Assembly: GCA_051747585.1 (NCBI GenBank)
Contig: JBNJGH010000070.1
Coordinates: 1 to 17,936, forward strand
DNA: 17,936 nucleotides
DNA from: Candidatus Rifleibacteriota bacterium
GTDB lineage: Bacteria; Muiribacteriota; Ozemobacteria; Ozemobacterales; Ozemobacteraceae
Reading direction: 5' to 3'
Position 1 is the first letter of the stretch. The number at the start of each line of letters is the position of its first letter. The notes under the pieces are model-generated. The model did not search any database and was not told the DNA's origin. It worked only from the letters and a program-made list of their open reading frames with translations. The position numbers and the translations under genes were made by a program. This document shows positions 1 through 8,099 of this stretch, piece by piece.

Positions 1-85
1 CGGTCAGTGGAAATGCAGCATAATAGCCGCGAAAATGCACAGTGGCGAATCCCAAAACTAATAGATGAAGAAAAATTGAAATCAT
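1..85 (-). CDS. 5' end of a probable membrane or exported protein, truncated by the window edge (MISIFLHLLVLGFATVHFRGYYAAFPLT...)
   Basis: ATG at 85, 8 nt after the TGA of the upstream gene (94-96). Frame stays open to position 1; hydrophobic N-terminus. Not in the ORF track. Confidence 0.6.
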   Translation of the reverse strand, partial: MISIFLHLLVLGFATVHFRGYYAAFPLT

Positions 86-93
86 TTTTCAGG

Positions 94-1356
94 TCAGGTT
101 TTTCTTTCTTTCTTTTTGGCGGCAGGGAAAAGAATATTGTTAAGAATGAGGCGATAACCCGGATTGTTTTTGTGGAGCTCGAGCCGGGTGGGCCCTTCGC
201 CTACAATGTGACTGACATCTGCGGGATCATGCCCGCCGTAAAAACTGAAAAAACCTTTGCCATAGTCGGCATGAATATACTTTACCGATACGCCGTCACT
301 GTTTTCGCCCATAATGGTAACATGGGGTTTGAGTAGAGATTTTCGAAAGGCCGTGGTTTGCCCGAAAAAGCCGTCGATAACATTGCGGTGGTTTTGGGTC
401 AGCATTGTCGGTATAGGATCGACTTTGGCGGCAAATGCAAAAAGTTGGAATGTTCCGGGTTCGCCGCGATAATTGTTTGATACGTCTATATCGGAAAACT
501 CATAAATCATCGGATCAGATATTAACTCGAAATCTTGAAAAGCCAGGCATTGGTCATAATCGAGCTTACTCTGTGCCATTGGATCTACTGGATCACCATC
601 GAGTTCTTTAGCCACTATGTCTACTCCGTTAGCGGCCAGGGCTATGTCGAGTGTGTCAACCGCAGAACACATGGCAAACAAAAAGCCGCCATCGAGAACA
701 AATTGTTTTATGCCTCTGGCAACGGCAAGTTTAAGCTGGCTGACCTTTTTGAAGCCAAACTTTTGAGCTTCTAGCTGGGATCTGGTAACCTGCTTTCTAT
801 ACCAGCCCGCAAATCTGAATGAACTGTAGAATTTGCCGAATTGACCGGTAAAGTCTTCGTGGTGCAGGTGTATCCAGTCATATTTGCTTATTTCACCGTT
901 AATGATTTCTTTATCGTAGAATTTGTCGAAGGGAATTTTGGCATAGTTAAGTACCAGAGTTACTGCGTCATCCCAGGGTTCTGCATAGTCTGGAGAATAA
1001 ACCGCCACTTTGGGAGCTTTTTCGAGCAGCACTCTTTCCATATTTTCTGCTTCTATTTTTGCATAGATCTGGTTAACCTGACCTGAAGTGACTGTTTCAA
1101 GGCTTACCCCTAAGGCTTTTGCTTTATTTCTGATTTCCGGTAAATCTTTGGCTAGAAATGAGCCGCCTCTGAAGTTGAGCAGCCATTCGACATCTGTACC
1201 GGTTTCATCGAGTATATAGTAAGTAAGGCCATAAGCCCGCAGATGATCGTTCTGGGTGTCATCCATCGGAATTAAAAGATTCTGTGCTTCTACTTTGCAT
1301 AAAGAAAAAATAAGCAAAAACAGGGTCAGAACAGTTAGTCTGAGATTTGTTTTCAT
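94..1356 (-). CDS. Secreted class I glutamine amidotransferase-like fold protein (family I recall being auto-annotated 'asparagine synthetase B', but not AsnB)
   Basis: 420 aa; signal peptide ending VEA|Q; motifs LIPMD, WLLNFRGGSF, DWIHLHHEDFTGQFGKFY, GGFLFAMCSA, YGGHDP, PGYRLILNNILFPAA; AAGGAG RBS at 1365-1370. Confidence 0.8.
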   Translation of the reverse strand: MKTNLRLTVLTLFLLIFSLCKVEAQNLLIPMDDTQNDHLRAYGLTYYILDETGTDVEWLLNFRGGSFLAKDLPEIRNKAKALGVSLETVTSGQVNQIYAKIEAENMERVLLEKAPKVAVYSPDYAEPWDDAVTLVLNYAKIPFDKFYDKEIINGEISKYDWIHLHHEDFTGQFGKFYSSFRFAGWYRKQVTRSQLEAQKFGFKKVSQLKLAVARGIKQFVLDGGFLFAMCSAVDTLDIALAANGVDIVAKELDGDPVDPMAQSKLDYDQCLAFQDFELISDPMIYEFSDIDVSNNYRGEPGTFQLFAFAAKVDPIPTMLTQNHRNVIDGFFGQTTAFRKSLLKPHVTIMGENSDGVSVKYIHADYGKGFFSFYGGHDPADVSHIVGEGPTRLELHKNNPGYRLILNNILFPAAKKKERKT

Positions 1357-1396
1357 TTTTTCTACTCCTTGCCTGTCTTTAGTTTGGTGGGCAGTG

Positions 1397-1427
1397 ATTA
1401 TATATTAAGTAATATAATGAATTTCAA
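1397..1427 (-). promoter_or_regulatory. Candidate sigma70 promoter for the 94..1356 gene
   Basis: Minus strand TTGAAA (1427-1422) and TATAAT (1402-1397). The 19-nt spacer is suboptimal and the region is very AT-rich. Confidence 0.3.
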
Positions 1428-1468
1428 GGCATTTATGTTTTTTTTAATATTAAATTTTAGATTATCAA

Positions 1469-1539
1469 AGATTGCTTCGCTTTGCTCGCAATGACGACTC
1501 GGAATTGTCATTGCGATGAGCGTAGCGAAGAAGCAATCT
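1469..1539. repeat. Pair of inverted CGTC-type REP-like palindromes
   Basis: 1469-1496 reverse-complements to CGTCATTGCGAGCAAAGCGAAGCAATCT; 1506-1539 reads TGTCATTGCGATGAGCGTAGCGAAGAAGCAATCT. Begins 7 nt past the TPR gene stop. Confidence 0.75.
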
Positions 1540-1546
1540 AAATGTC

Positions 1547-3991
1547 TTAAGGTGCTTCTTCGGCTTCTTGTGGCCAGTTTTGCGGCAAAACAATATGGGT
1601 TTGCCCTGTTTCGAGTAGCTTTCTATAACGCCCGGCCCGCAAATCATTTGGGAAGTCGTCGGCAAAGTTCTGAATAAGATTTTTTATTGTTTCTTTATCT
1701 TTGCCGACCCTGCGAGAAATATCAATTTCGAGCTTTCTTAAATCTGCTGCCATAAAGTGATCCGAGTTCTGGCTGGTAAAATCTTGCAGCTGACTAAGTA
1801 TTTCGTCGGCTGCTGTATAAAAACTTCCGGCAATTAATTTTTCGGCTTCGACTTGTTTTAACAGTGGGGTTGAAGACGCAGTCTGATTTTCTTTAATAAT
1901 TTCGTTGAATTTTTCTACGGCAGCTTTACAATCGCCAATTGCCGCCAGTCTTTTTGCCCCGAGGTAATTTCTGGCCAGAGAAAAATCTCCTACCGAGGTT
2001 CGGGTTATAAACAAAGCAAGTTTTAAAGCATCATTTGTAAATATTGAGCCCGAATAATTTTCTATAATTTCTTTTAAAAGGTCTAAAGCTTTTTGAGGCT
2101 GATTGCGATGCATTTCTAAAAAAGCCATTTCGTAAATTATATGGCTTAAGTAATCGCTTTCGCCAACGGGATTAGCTGCAAAAATATTCTCCATGGCTTT
2201 TTTAACCATTTCATGATTTTGCTTGAGTAAAGATTCTGCTCTGGCAAAATCTTTTTGACATGTGAGTATATGAGCCTTCAATACAGCAGCCTCTAGCCCC
2301 TGTGTGGGTGAGGCTTTGAGTAGTTCAGTCTGTAAAATTTGATCGACATGGCTTTCTGCCTCTTTGACTTTTTTCAATTGATAAAAAGAAAAGTCTGCCA
2401 GTTTTACCAGCAATTGTGCTTTTAGATCTGCATCAGCTATAGTTCCCTTCTTAATAAGGGCAGCAACTTCATTATATGCAGCCTGATTATAAACGGGTTC
2501 AACCCTTGCCATTTCAAGAATTAACAGCCCTATTCTTAGAGCCAGAGTTGAATCGGTGCTTTCGCCAATCATTCTATGGCACAAAGCAAAGTGGAAATTG
2601 CCGGCATAAAACCCCGCATCTTGATAAAGGCGCTCGTAGAAGAAATCATCTAGAACGCCGCCGCTCGATTTGACAAGTTCTACTATTTTATCGGCGCTGT
2701 CGCTTGTTTTTCGCCTGAAATACAGCTCCATCAGAGCTTGCCGAATTGCAACGTTAAAGCCTGACGAAAGCTGCCGGCGCAGGCGCTGTTCGAGATTAAG
2801 GTTTGCCGACTCTTTGCCGGCATATAATTTTTCGAACACTTCCTTTTTGAATGTGCCATTAACCAGAACCTGGATATATTCGTTTAGTGCTTCTTTTTTT
2901 CGGCCAAGGGCTTCGAGAACGCTTGCTACTTCTTCGGCGAACAAGGTTCGATTGCCAAGAGCTTTTCGGCCTTCGGCATAGCCTTTAAGGGCTTCTTCGT
3001 ATAATTGATGGTCGATTAATACCGTTGTATACTTTATGTATTGTTCCTGACGACGAAAATGACGCCTTTTGAAGGGCTTTTGCCAGGTTTGAATAGCTTC
3101 TTGTTTACGATTCATTAAAAACAGGCAGTGCCCGAGTTTTTTCAGGGTATCCCAGTCTTCTTTGATAATATTTTCGACTTTTAGCAGTGTATTATAAGCT
3201 TCTTTAACTTGATTGCTGTCGATTTGCAGCTCGGCAAGCTTTTTGAGCAGCCGTAATTGGTTGTCGAGGTTTGGGGTATTTTTTAAAACTTCGATTGCTT
3301 TGTCTTTGCGGTCTAAGGCGAGGTAACAGTCAGATAAAAAGTCGCTATAATCACGGCTTTTGAATCTGGTTCGTCTTCTTTCGAGAGTGCTTATAAGTTT
3401 TTCTACTTCACCGCTTTTTATTGCCAGATCGAGCAGGTCTTTAAAAACCTGTGGCGAAGCGGTTTGTTGTAAAATGTTTTCAAGCAGCAACCATGCTTCA
3501 TCTTTTCTGCCGGATTGCAGAAAGAACTTTGCAAGTTGCCGATTAAGAAATATGTTGTTTTTATCGTTTTTGCGCCACTTTTCAAGCAGTTCGATACCTT
3601 CACGAAAGCGATTGAGTTTGTAAAGAATGTCGAGCATTTCTTTGCGGGCAAAGTTTTTATTGTCGGGAAAATCAGCGTCGTCGTGAATTTGTTTAAGCAG
3701 TTCGAGAGCCTTTTCGTGCTCGTTAAGATCGCAAAAAATTTCTACCAGCATTCTTTGAGCCAGCACCGCATAAACATCGTCGGGATAATCGCTTATTATT
3801 TTTTCATAAATGCTTTGTGCGATTTTTAGTCGGCGGTTTCGCATAGCCGATTGGCCCTGTTGATAAAGGTTGGCAGCTTTTGCAGATCGTTTTGAACCCT
3901 GACCTACCTGAAATTGAAATGTTGATTGTGCCTGGAGGGCGGTAAATGGCCATATTGCAATTAAAAGAGCCAGCATTAATACTTTTTTCAT
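1547..3991 (-). CDS. Exported tetratricopeptide-repeat (TPR) protein
   Basis: 814 aa; signal peptide ending LQA|Q; many TPR-like helical pairs (e.g. LYQQGQSAM...YEKIISDYPDD, LKKLGHCLFLMNRKQEAIQTWQK); ATGA overlap with upstream gene at 3988-3991. Confidence 0.85.
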   Translation of the reverse strand: MKKVLMLALLIAIWPFTALQAQSTFQFQVGQGSKRSAKAANLYQQGQSAMRNRRLKIAQSIYEKIISDYPDDVYAVLAQRMLVEIFCDLNEHEKALELLKQIHDDADFPDNKNFARKEMLDILYKLNRFREGIELLEKWRKNDKNNIFLNRQLAKFFLQSGRKDEAWLLLENILQQTASPQVFKDLLDLAIKSGEVEKLISTLERRRTRFKSRDYSDFLSDCYLALDRKDKAIEVLKNTPNLDNQLRLLKKLAELQIDSNQVKEAYNTLLKVENIIKEDWDTLKKLGHCLFLMNRKQEAIQTWQKPFKRRHFRRQEQYIKYTTVLIDHQLYEEALKGYAEGRKALGNRTLFAEEVASVLEALGRKKEALNEYIQVLVNGTFKKEVFEKLYAGKESANLNLEQRLRRQLSSGFNVAIRQALMELYFRRKTSDSADKIVELVKSSGGVLDDFFYERLYQDAGFYAGNFHFALCHRMIGESTDSTLALRIGLLILEMARVEPVYNQAAYNEVAALIKKGTIADADLKAQLLVKLADFSFYQLKKVKEAESHVDQILQTELLKASPTQGLEAAVLKAHILTCQKDFARAESLLKQNHEMVKKAMENIFAANPVGESDYLSHIIYEMAFLEMHRNQPQKALDLLKEIIENYSGSIFTNDALKLALFITRTSVGDFSLARNYLGAKRLAAIGDCKAAVEKFNEIIKENQTASSTPLLKQVEAEKLIAGSFYTAADEILSQLQDFTSQNSDHFMAADLRKLEIDISRRVGKDKETIKNLIQNFADDFPNDLRAGRYRKLLETGQTHIVLPQNWPQEAEEAP

Positions 3992-6900
3992 TGATTTTCA
4001 CCGTAGACATTTAAAGAACGATAATAGTCGTTAATTTTTTCTTTATAGCTTTCTGGAAAGTCTTCCTTTAAGTCAGTCAAAAAGTCTTTGGAAAGATCGA
4101 GCGAGTCTGTTCCAATGTCGCCGATTGGCTTGTCGGGTTGTTGTTGTATTATTTCGCGAGCTTTGCGTGCTTCGCGTTCTTCGCTTTTTTCTTTGCGGTT
4201 TCTAATAGATTTCTGGGCTCTAAGCATGCGCTCATAAATTCTTTTCTGACGTTCGGCAACTTTTCTTTTAAGTTTGGGGTCGAGCATCTCGGTTTCGAGG
4301 TCTTTCATTTCATTGATAACATCGTCAAGACGGCCGAGGGTGTTCATTTGCTGACGGCTTTCGCGCATTAGTTTCTGCAACGCTTCGCGGATCTGACGCT
4401 GTTCCATGGCCATTTGCTGTAGTTGCTGCATCATTTGCTGGCTGCCGGGCTGCATTTGTTGTTGCATCATTTTGCGATGCAAGCTTAGTTGTCGGCGGGT
4501 AAGGTCTTTGAATTGTTGTAATGCGTTCATGGGGTTGCTGCTTGAACTGCCGGAGTTCTGCTGATCCTGAGCTCGCATCAAATCTTGTGCGAGCTGGTTG
4601 AATCTTCGTATTATTTCTTGTTGATCTTCGGCAGCAGTTGACAGTGAACGATCCTCGAGGTCTTTTACAATTGAAGCAAAGATTGATTGAGTGCCCTTTA
4701 TTGCTTCTATGGCGTTCGGATCAACTGAAAAGCTTGATTTGACAAACTTTTCCAGGTCATATTCAAGCTTTGAGCCTTGTTGCCTTACAAGTACCTGCAG
4801 CCAGGAAACCTGGTCGATGAGCCCCTCTATTTCAGGGCGTTGCCCGCGCATAAACTGAGCCGGCAAGTCTTTAATTTTGGATCTTAGATTTTCCTGGTCA
4901 ATACTGATATTAAGTGCGCGTCTGATAAAGTCAGAAAGGTCGAGCTGGGGCATTGTGCCGCCGCTGCATGACTGGCAGATTTTTTGCGCATTCTTTTTGA
5001 GCTTTTCAAGAAATTTAAGCATTTGTTGCTGTTGTTTTGATGCAGAATCAAGATTTTGCTTCTTCATCTGCTCACTGATTTCTTTGCTCATTTTCTGATG
5101 GTCACTATTTTTCATTTTATCGCGTAAATTTTTAACATCTTCTAGTAGAGGGTTTTGCTGAAACTCTTTTTTATCACGCTTTTGTGTCATTTCTTCAGAT
5201 TGTTTTTGCAGCTGTTCCAGTTCCTGGCCTATTTTTTCCTGCTGGTCGGTAAGGTCTTTTAGTTTAGATTTTTCTTCGTCGTTGAGACCTGACTCTTTTT
5301 GTTTCTTTTGCAGGGCTGCAGTTTGTGAGGCGAGTTCCTGCTGCCGTTTTGTCAGGTCTTCTATTGCCTGACCGAGAGAATTAAACTTTTGCTGTTCGCG
5401 AACCTGCTCGAGCAGTTCTACAGTTCTATCCAGGCCTTTAAGGTATTCATCCATTTTAAAGGCTTCCTGATACTTTTCGAGTTGCTCCGGGTTAAGCTTC
5501 ATTTGCTCTAAAGATTCGCGCAACTGTTTCATGGTTCTTTTTGTATCTTCATCAAGAACCTCATTGAGCAGTTCACTGACCTTCTGCATTCGCTCGAGCG
5601 CCTGGGGCGAACTCATCGGATTCTCTTCCATTTTATCTTCGAGTTCTTCCAGGTTGTTGAGGATTTTTTTTGCCTGTTGCTGCTGTTCTTCGCCTTCTTT
5701 TAGCGCGTTTTCTATGGCGTTCTGGCTTTCGTAATCAAGCTTTTCTTCGTGTTTAATCTGCTCATAGGCCTTCATTAAAGATTCACGCCGCATTTTCTGG
5801 GCTTCATAAAAATCTTGAAGCTTTTTATTCACTTCTTCCTGGGTCATTTCTTCGCCTCTGTAAACGTCATACATCGAAGGCATCGAAATATGCCAGGTGC
5901 TGGTAGTGGCAATGTTCGGCTCGGGCTCTTTTGCGTCTTCGGCCTGAACAAAGTAGCTTATTTTTACGCCGGGTTGAACTGCAAGTGTGTCGAGCAGCCA
6001 TGGAAATTCTACTTCGTATTCTTTTACCGGTTTGAAATCGGGTTTGAGGTTATGAGGTACAAGTGATCTGCGGTCGCCGATGCGATAATATAGAACCATC
6101 GCTTTTACGCCAAAATCGTCGCGACTTATTGCCTTGATGTCTACTCTTTTAGTTTTTGGAAATGGCAGGTCACGGCCTGGCTTTAGTATTTCTACCGTTG
6201 GCGATGCATCTGTAACGGCGGCTAAACTGTATTGTACGGGTTTTTCGTTCTTGAGGCCCAGTTCGTTTTCAAGGCGAATGCTGTAACTGGTGTCGGTTGC
6301 AAGAGTAAATTCGTAAGTAAAAGAATTATTGCTTTCTATTTCGCATTCTTTTATTCCGCCGGGTTTGAGTTCTATTTGGGCTTTGGCAAGCTTCTGGTCG
6401 GCAACAGCTTTGATTTTTATTTTGCTGCCTTTGATTGCGCTCGCGTCACCTTTGCCTTCGGGCAGTTCGGTCGGGCCATCAGAAATATAGGTCGGTTGAT
6501 AAAGGGTAACCAGCAATTTCTTTATATCGGGCCTTGGCATTACTTTGATCGAATAGCGCTGTGAATTGTATTTTTCGCAGTTTACCCGGTAATCAATCGA
6601 GTCTTGCAATGCATTGAGATTATAGACAAAGCGAGATTCCGATGCCTGACTGTCCGGATACATTTCTACAGAAGATGTGCTTTCGGCCTGGTCAGGTTCA
6701 AAAAGCTCGAGTTTAATTGAATCATTGGTTTTTCTTGAAGGGATCGCCGCGATTTCCAGGTTTTCACCGCGGGCAACTACTGCATGACCCGGTGCTAAAT
6801 CTATGCTCAAAGAAGTGTATGGAGCTATGGCTCTTAGCGGAAAAACAAGCCTGCGTGCGCCGGTAGCAACTTCAAGGGGTGATAATGAATACCAGACAAA

Positions 6901-7440
6901 GGCTATGATCATGAAAAAAAGCATGGTAAACGCCGATTGCTTGCGGGAAAAGGCTTTTAAGGCTTTGCCTGTATCGTCTGACTTGAGTTGCTCGGCTACA
7001 TTGGCAATAGTAAGCTTTTTAAGCAGTTCTGATGTGCCGCGATCAGGTTTTTGCTGCAAAAACTCAGCCGCACTGGAAAGACCGGAATTAAATTTGTCGT
7101 TTTCCTGCTCTTTTTCTATTTCGACTGCGAGGTTTGCGCTGTCGGGGGGAGAAAGTAAGGCCTTAACGCCTTTGATCAGCCAGTAAATAAGACCAGCATA
7201 AACACCGATCGCAGCCGAAAAGCGTAAAAATTCAGATTGAATCGGGGTTCGTTCGACTAAAAGAAATACCAGTAATAGAGCCAGAAAATGGACTATCCAC
7301 CAGAAAATGCATGACATGAATACTCTGGTTTGACGCCCTCGCTGATATTGCTTTAGCGAGCTTTTTAAGCTGTCGCTAAGGCTGTCGTAGTTTTTTAATA
7401 AATATTCCAGTTTTTTGTTTTCCTGCATTTTTTTTCTCAC
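3988..7440 (-). CDS. DUF4175-like membrane-anchored protein with Ig-like domains and a long Q/E/K-rich coiled coil
   Basis: 1150 aa; three N-terminal hydrophobic segments; beta-rich region with SRDDFGVK; roughly 600 aa of coiled coil; C-terminal FPESYKEKINDYYRSL. GTG start overlaps the upstream stop (GTGA 7437-7440); alternative ATG at 7428. Confidence 0.75.
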   Translation of the reverse strand: MRKKMQENKKLEYLLKNYDSLSDSLKSSLKQYQRGRQTRVFMSCIFWWIVHFLALLLVFLLVERTPIQSEFLRFSAAIGVYAGLIYWLIKGVKALLSPPDSANLAVEIEKEQENDKFNSGLSSAAEFLQQKPDRGTSELLKKLTIANVAEQLKSDDTGKALKAFSRKQSAFTMLFFMIIAFVWYSLSPLEVATGARRLVFPLRAIAPYTSLSIDLAPGHAVVARGENLEIAAIPSRKTNDSIKLELFEPDQAESTSSVEMYPDSQASESRFVYNLNALQDSIDYRVNCEKYNSQRYSIKVMPRPDIKKLLVTLYQPTYISDGPTELPEGKGDASAIKGSKIKIKAVADQKLAKAQIELKPGGIKECEIESNNSFTYEFTLATDTSYSIRLENELGLKNEKPVQYSLAAVTDASPTVEILKPGRDLPFPKTKRVDIKAISRDDFGVKAMVLYYRIGDRRSLVPHNLKPDFKPVKEYEVEFPWLLDTLAVQPGVKISYFVQAEDAKEPEPNIATTSTWHISMPSMYDVYRGEEMTQEEVNKKLQDFYEAQKMRRESLMKAYEQIKHEEKLDYESQNAIENALKEGEEQQQQAKKILNNLEELEDKMEENPMSSPQALERMQKVSELLNEVLDEDTKRTMKQLRESLEQMKLNPEQLEKYQEAFKMDEYLKGLDRTVELLEQVREQQKFNSLGQAIEDLTKRQQELASQTAALQKKQKESGLNDEEKSKLKDLTDQQEKIGQELEQLQKQSEEMTQKRDKKEFQQNPLLEDVKNLRDKMKNSDHQKMSKEISEQMKKQNLDSASKQQQQMLKFLEKLKKNAQKICQSCSGGTMPQLDLSDFIRRALNISIDQENLRSKIKDLPAQFMRGQRPEIEGLIDQVSWLQVLVRQQGSKLEYDLEKFVKSSFSVDPNAIEAIKGTQSIFASIVKDLEDRSLSTAAEDQQEIIRRFNQLAQDLMRAQDQQNSGSSSSNPMNALQQFKDLTRRQLSLHRKMMQQQMQPGSQQMMQQLQQMAMEQRQIREALQKLMRESRQQMNTLGRLDDVINEMKDLETEMLDPKLKRKVAERQKRIYERMLRAQKSIRNRKEKSEEREARKAREIIQQQPDKPIGDIGTDSLDLSKDFLTDLKEDFPESYKEKINDYYRSLNVYGENQ

Positions 7441-8099
7441 TGGTTCATTGCGTAAATAAGTATGTTAAGAGCCATACGCATTGCTTTTTCTCTGATTTCA
7501 GGGGTGTCGACTCGATGAACACCTTCGTCTTCGAGCCCGTCTCCTACATCAGATTCGAGCAGATAGAGTATTTTCATTCTTCCCTCATCAAAGAGCGCAA
7601 AAGCTGTTGGTGGCTTGTTGTCATGCTCGTGAATCTTGGGCAACCCCTTGGGAAAATCATAAAGCATATGAAATATGGCGTGGTCTTTTGGTAGAATTTT
7701 AAGTTCCTGATCAGGATAAAGCCTTTTTATTTCGCGCTTAATGTACTTCTCCATGCCATAAGAGTCGTTTACGAATAGAAAGCCGCCATTGTCGAGGTAG
7801 GTAAGAAGTCTATTTATTTCATAGTCTTTAAACCTTACCTGACCATGACCGGTCATGTAAAGCATGGGGTATCTGAAAAGCTCGGGGTCTGATATTTCGA
7901 CTGCTATATCTTCGGGTCTGGTCGGTAGCCCAAGTCTTTTTTGCGCCTGCTTCAGCAGATTGGGCATAGAGGTTGGCCCGGTATACCAGTCGCCCCCGCC
8001 TCCGTAGCGAACACGCGGTATAACGATTCGGTCAAATTCAGCGGCAGAGAGAGCAGTCGCCATAACTACAAGAAAAACGGCAATTAGAAATTTTTTCAT
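7437..8099 (-). CDS. DUF4159 domain exported protein
   Basis: Motifs RYGGGGDWY, YPMLYMTGHG, YLDNGGFLFVND, GLPKIHEHD, DVGDGLED. Start moved to ATG 8099 (MKKFLIAVFLVVMATALSA signal peptide, TGATG coupling), giving 220 aa instead of the track's 231. Confidence 0.85.
   Translation of the reverse strand: MKKFLIAVFLVVMATALSAAEFDRIVIPRVRYGGGGDWYTGPTSMPNLLKQAQKRLGLPTRPEDIAVEISDPELFRYPMLYMTGHGQVRFKDYEINRLLTYLDNGGFLFVNDSYGMEKYIKREIKRLYPDQELKILPKDHAIFHMLYDFPKGLPKIHEHDNKPPTAFALFDEGRMKILYLLESDVGDGLEDEGVHRVDTPEIREKAMRMALNILIYAMNQ

Noticed and set aside
94..1356. Gene symbol asnB
   Set aside because: No Ntn-amidotransferase or ATP-pyrophosphatase motifs, and the protein has a signal peptide.
4380..4570. 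Gln/Met-rich low-complexity stretch as a DNA repeat
   Set aside because: Explained by the protein's coiled-coil composition; codons are mixed.
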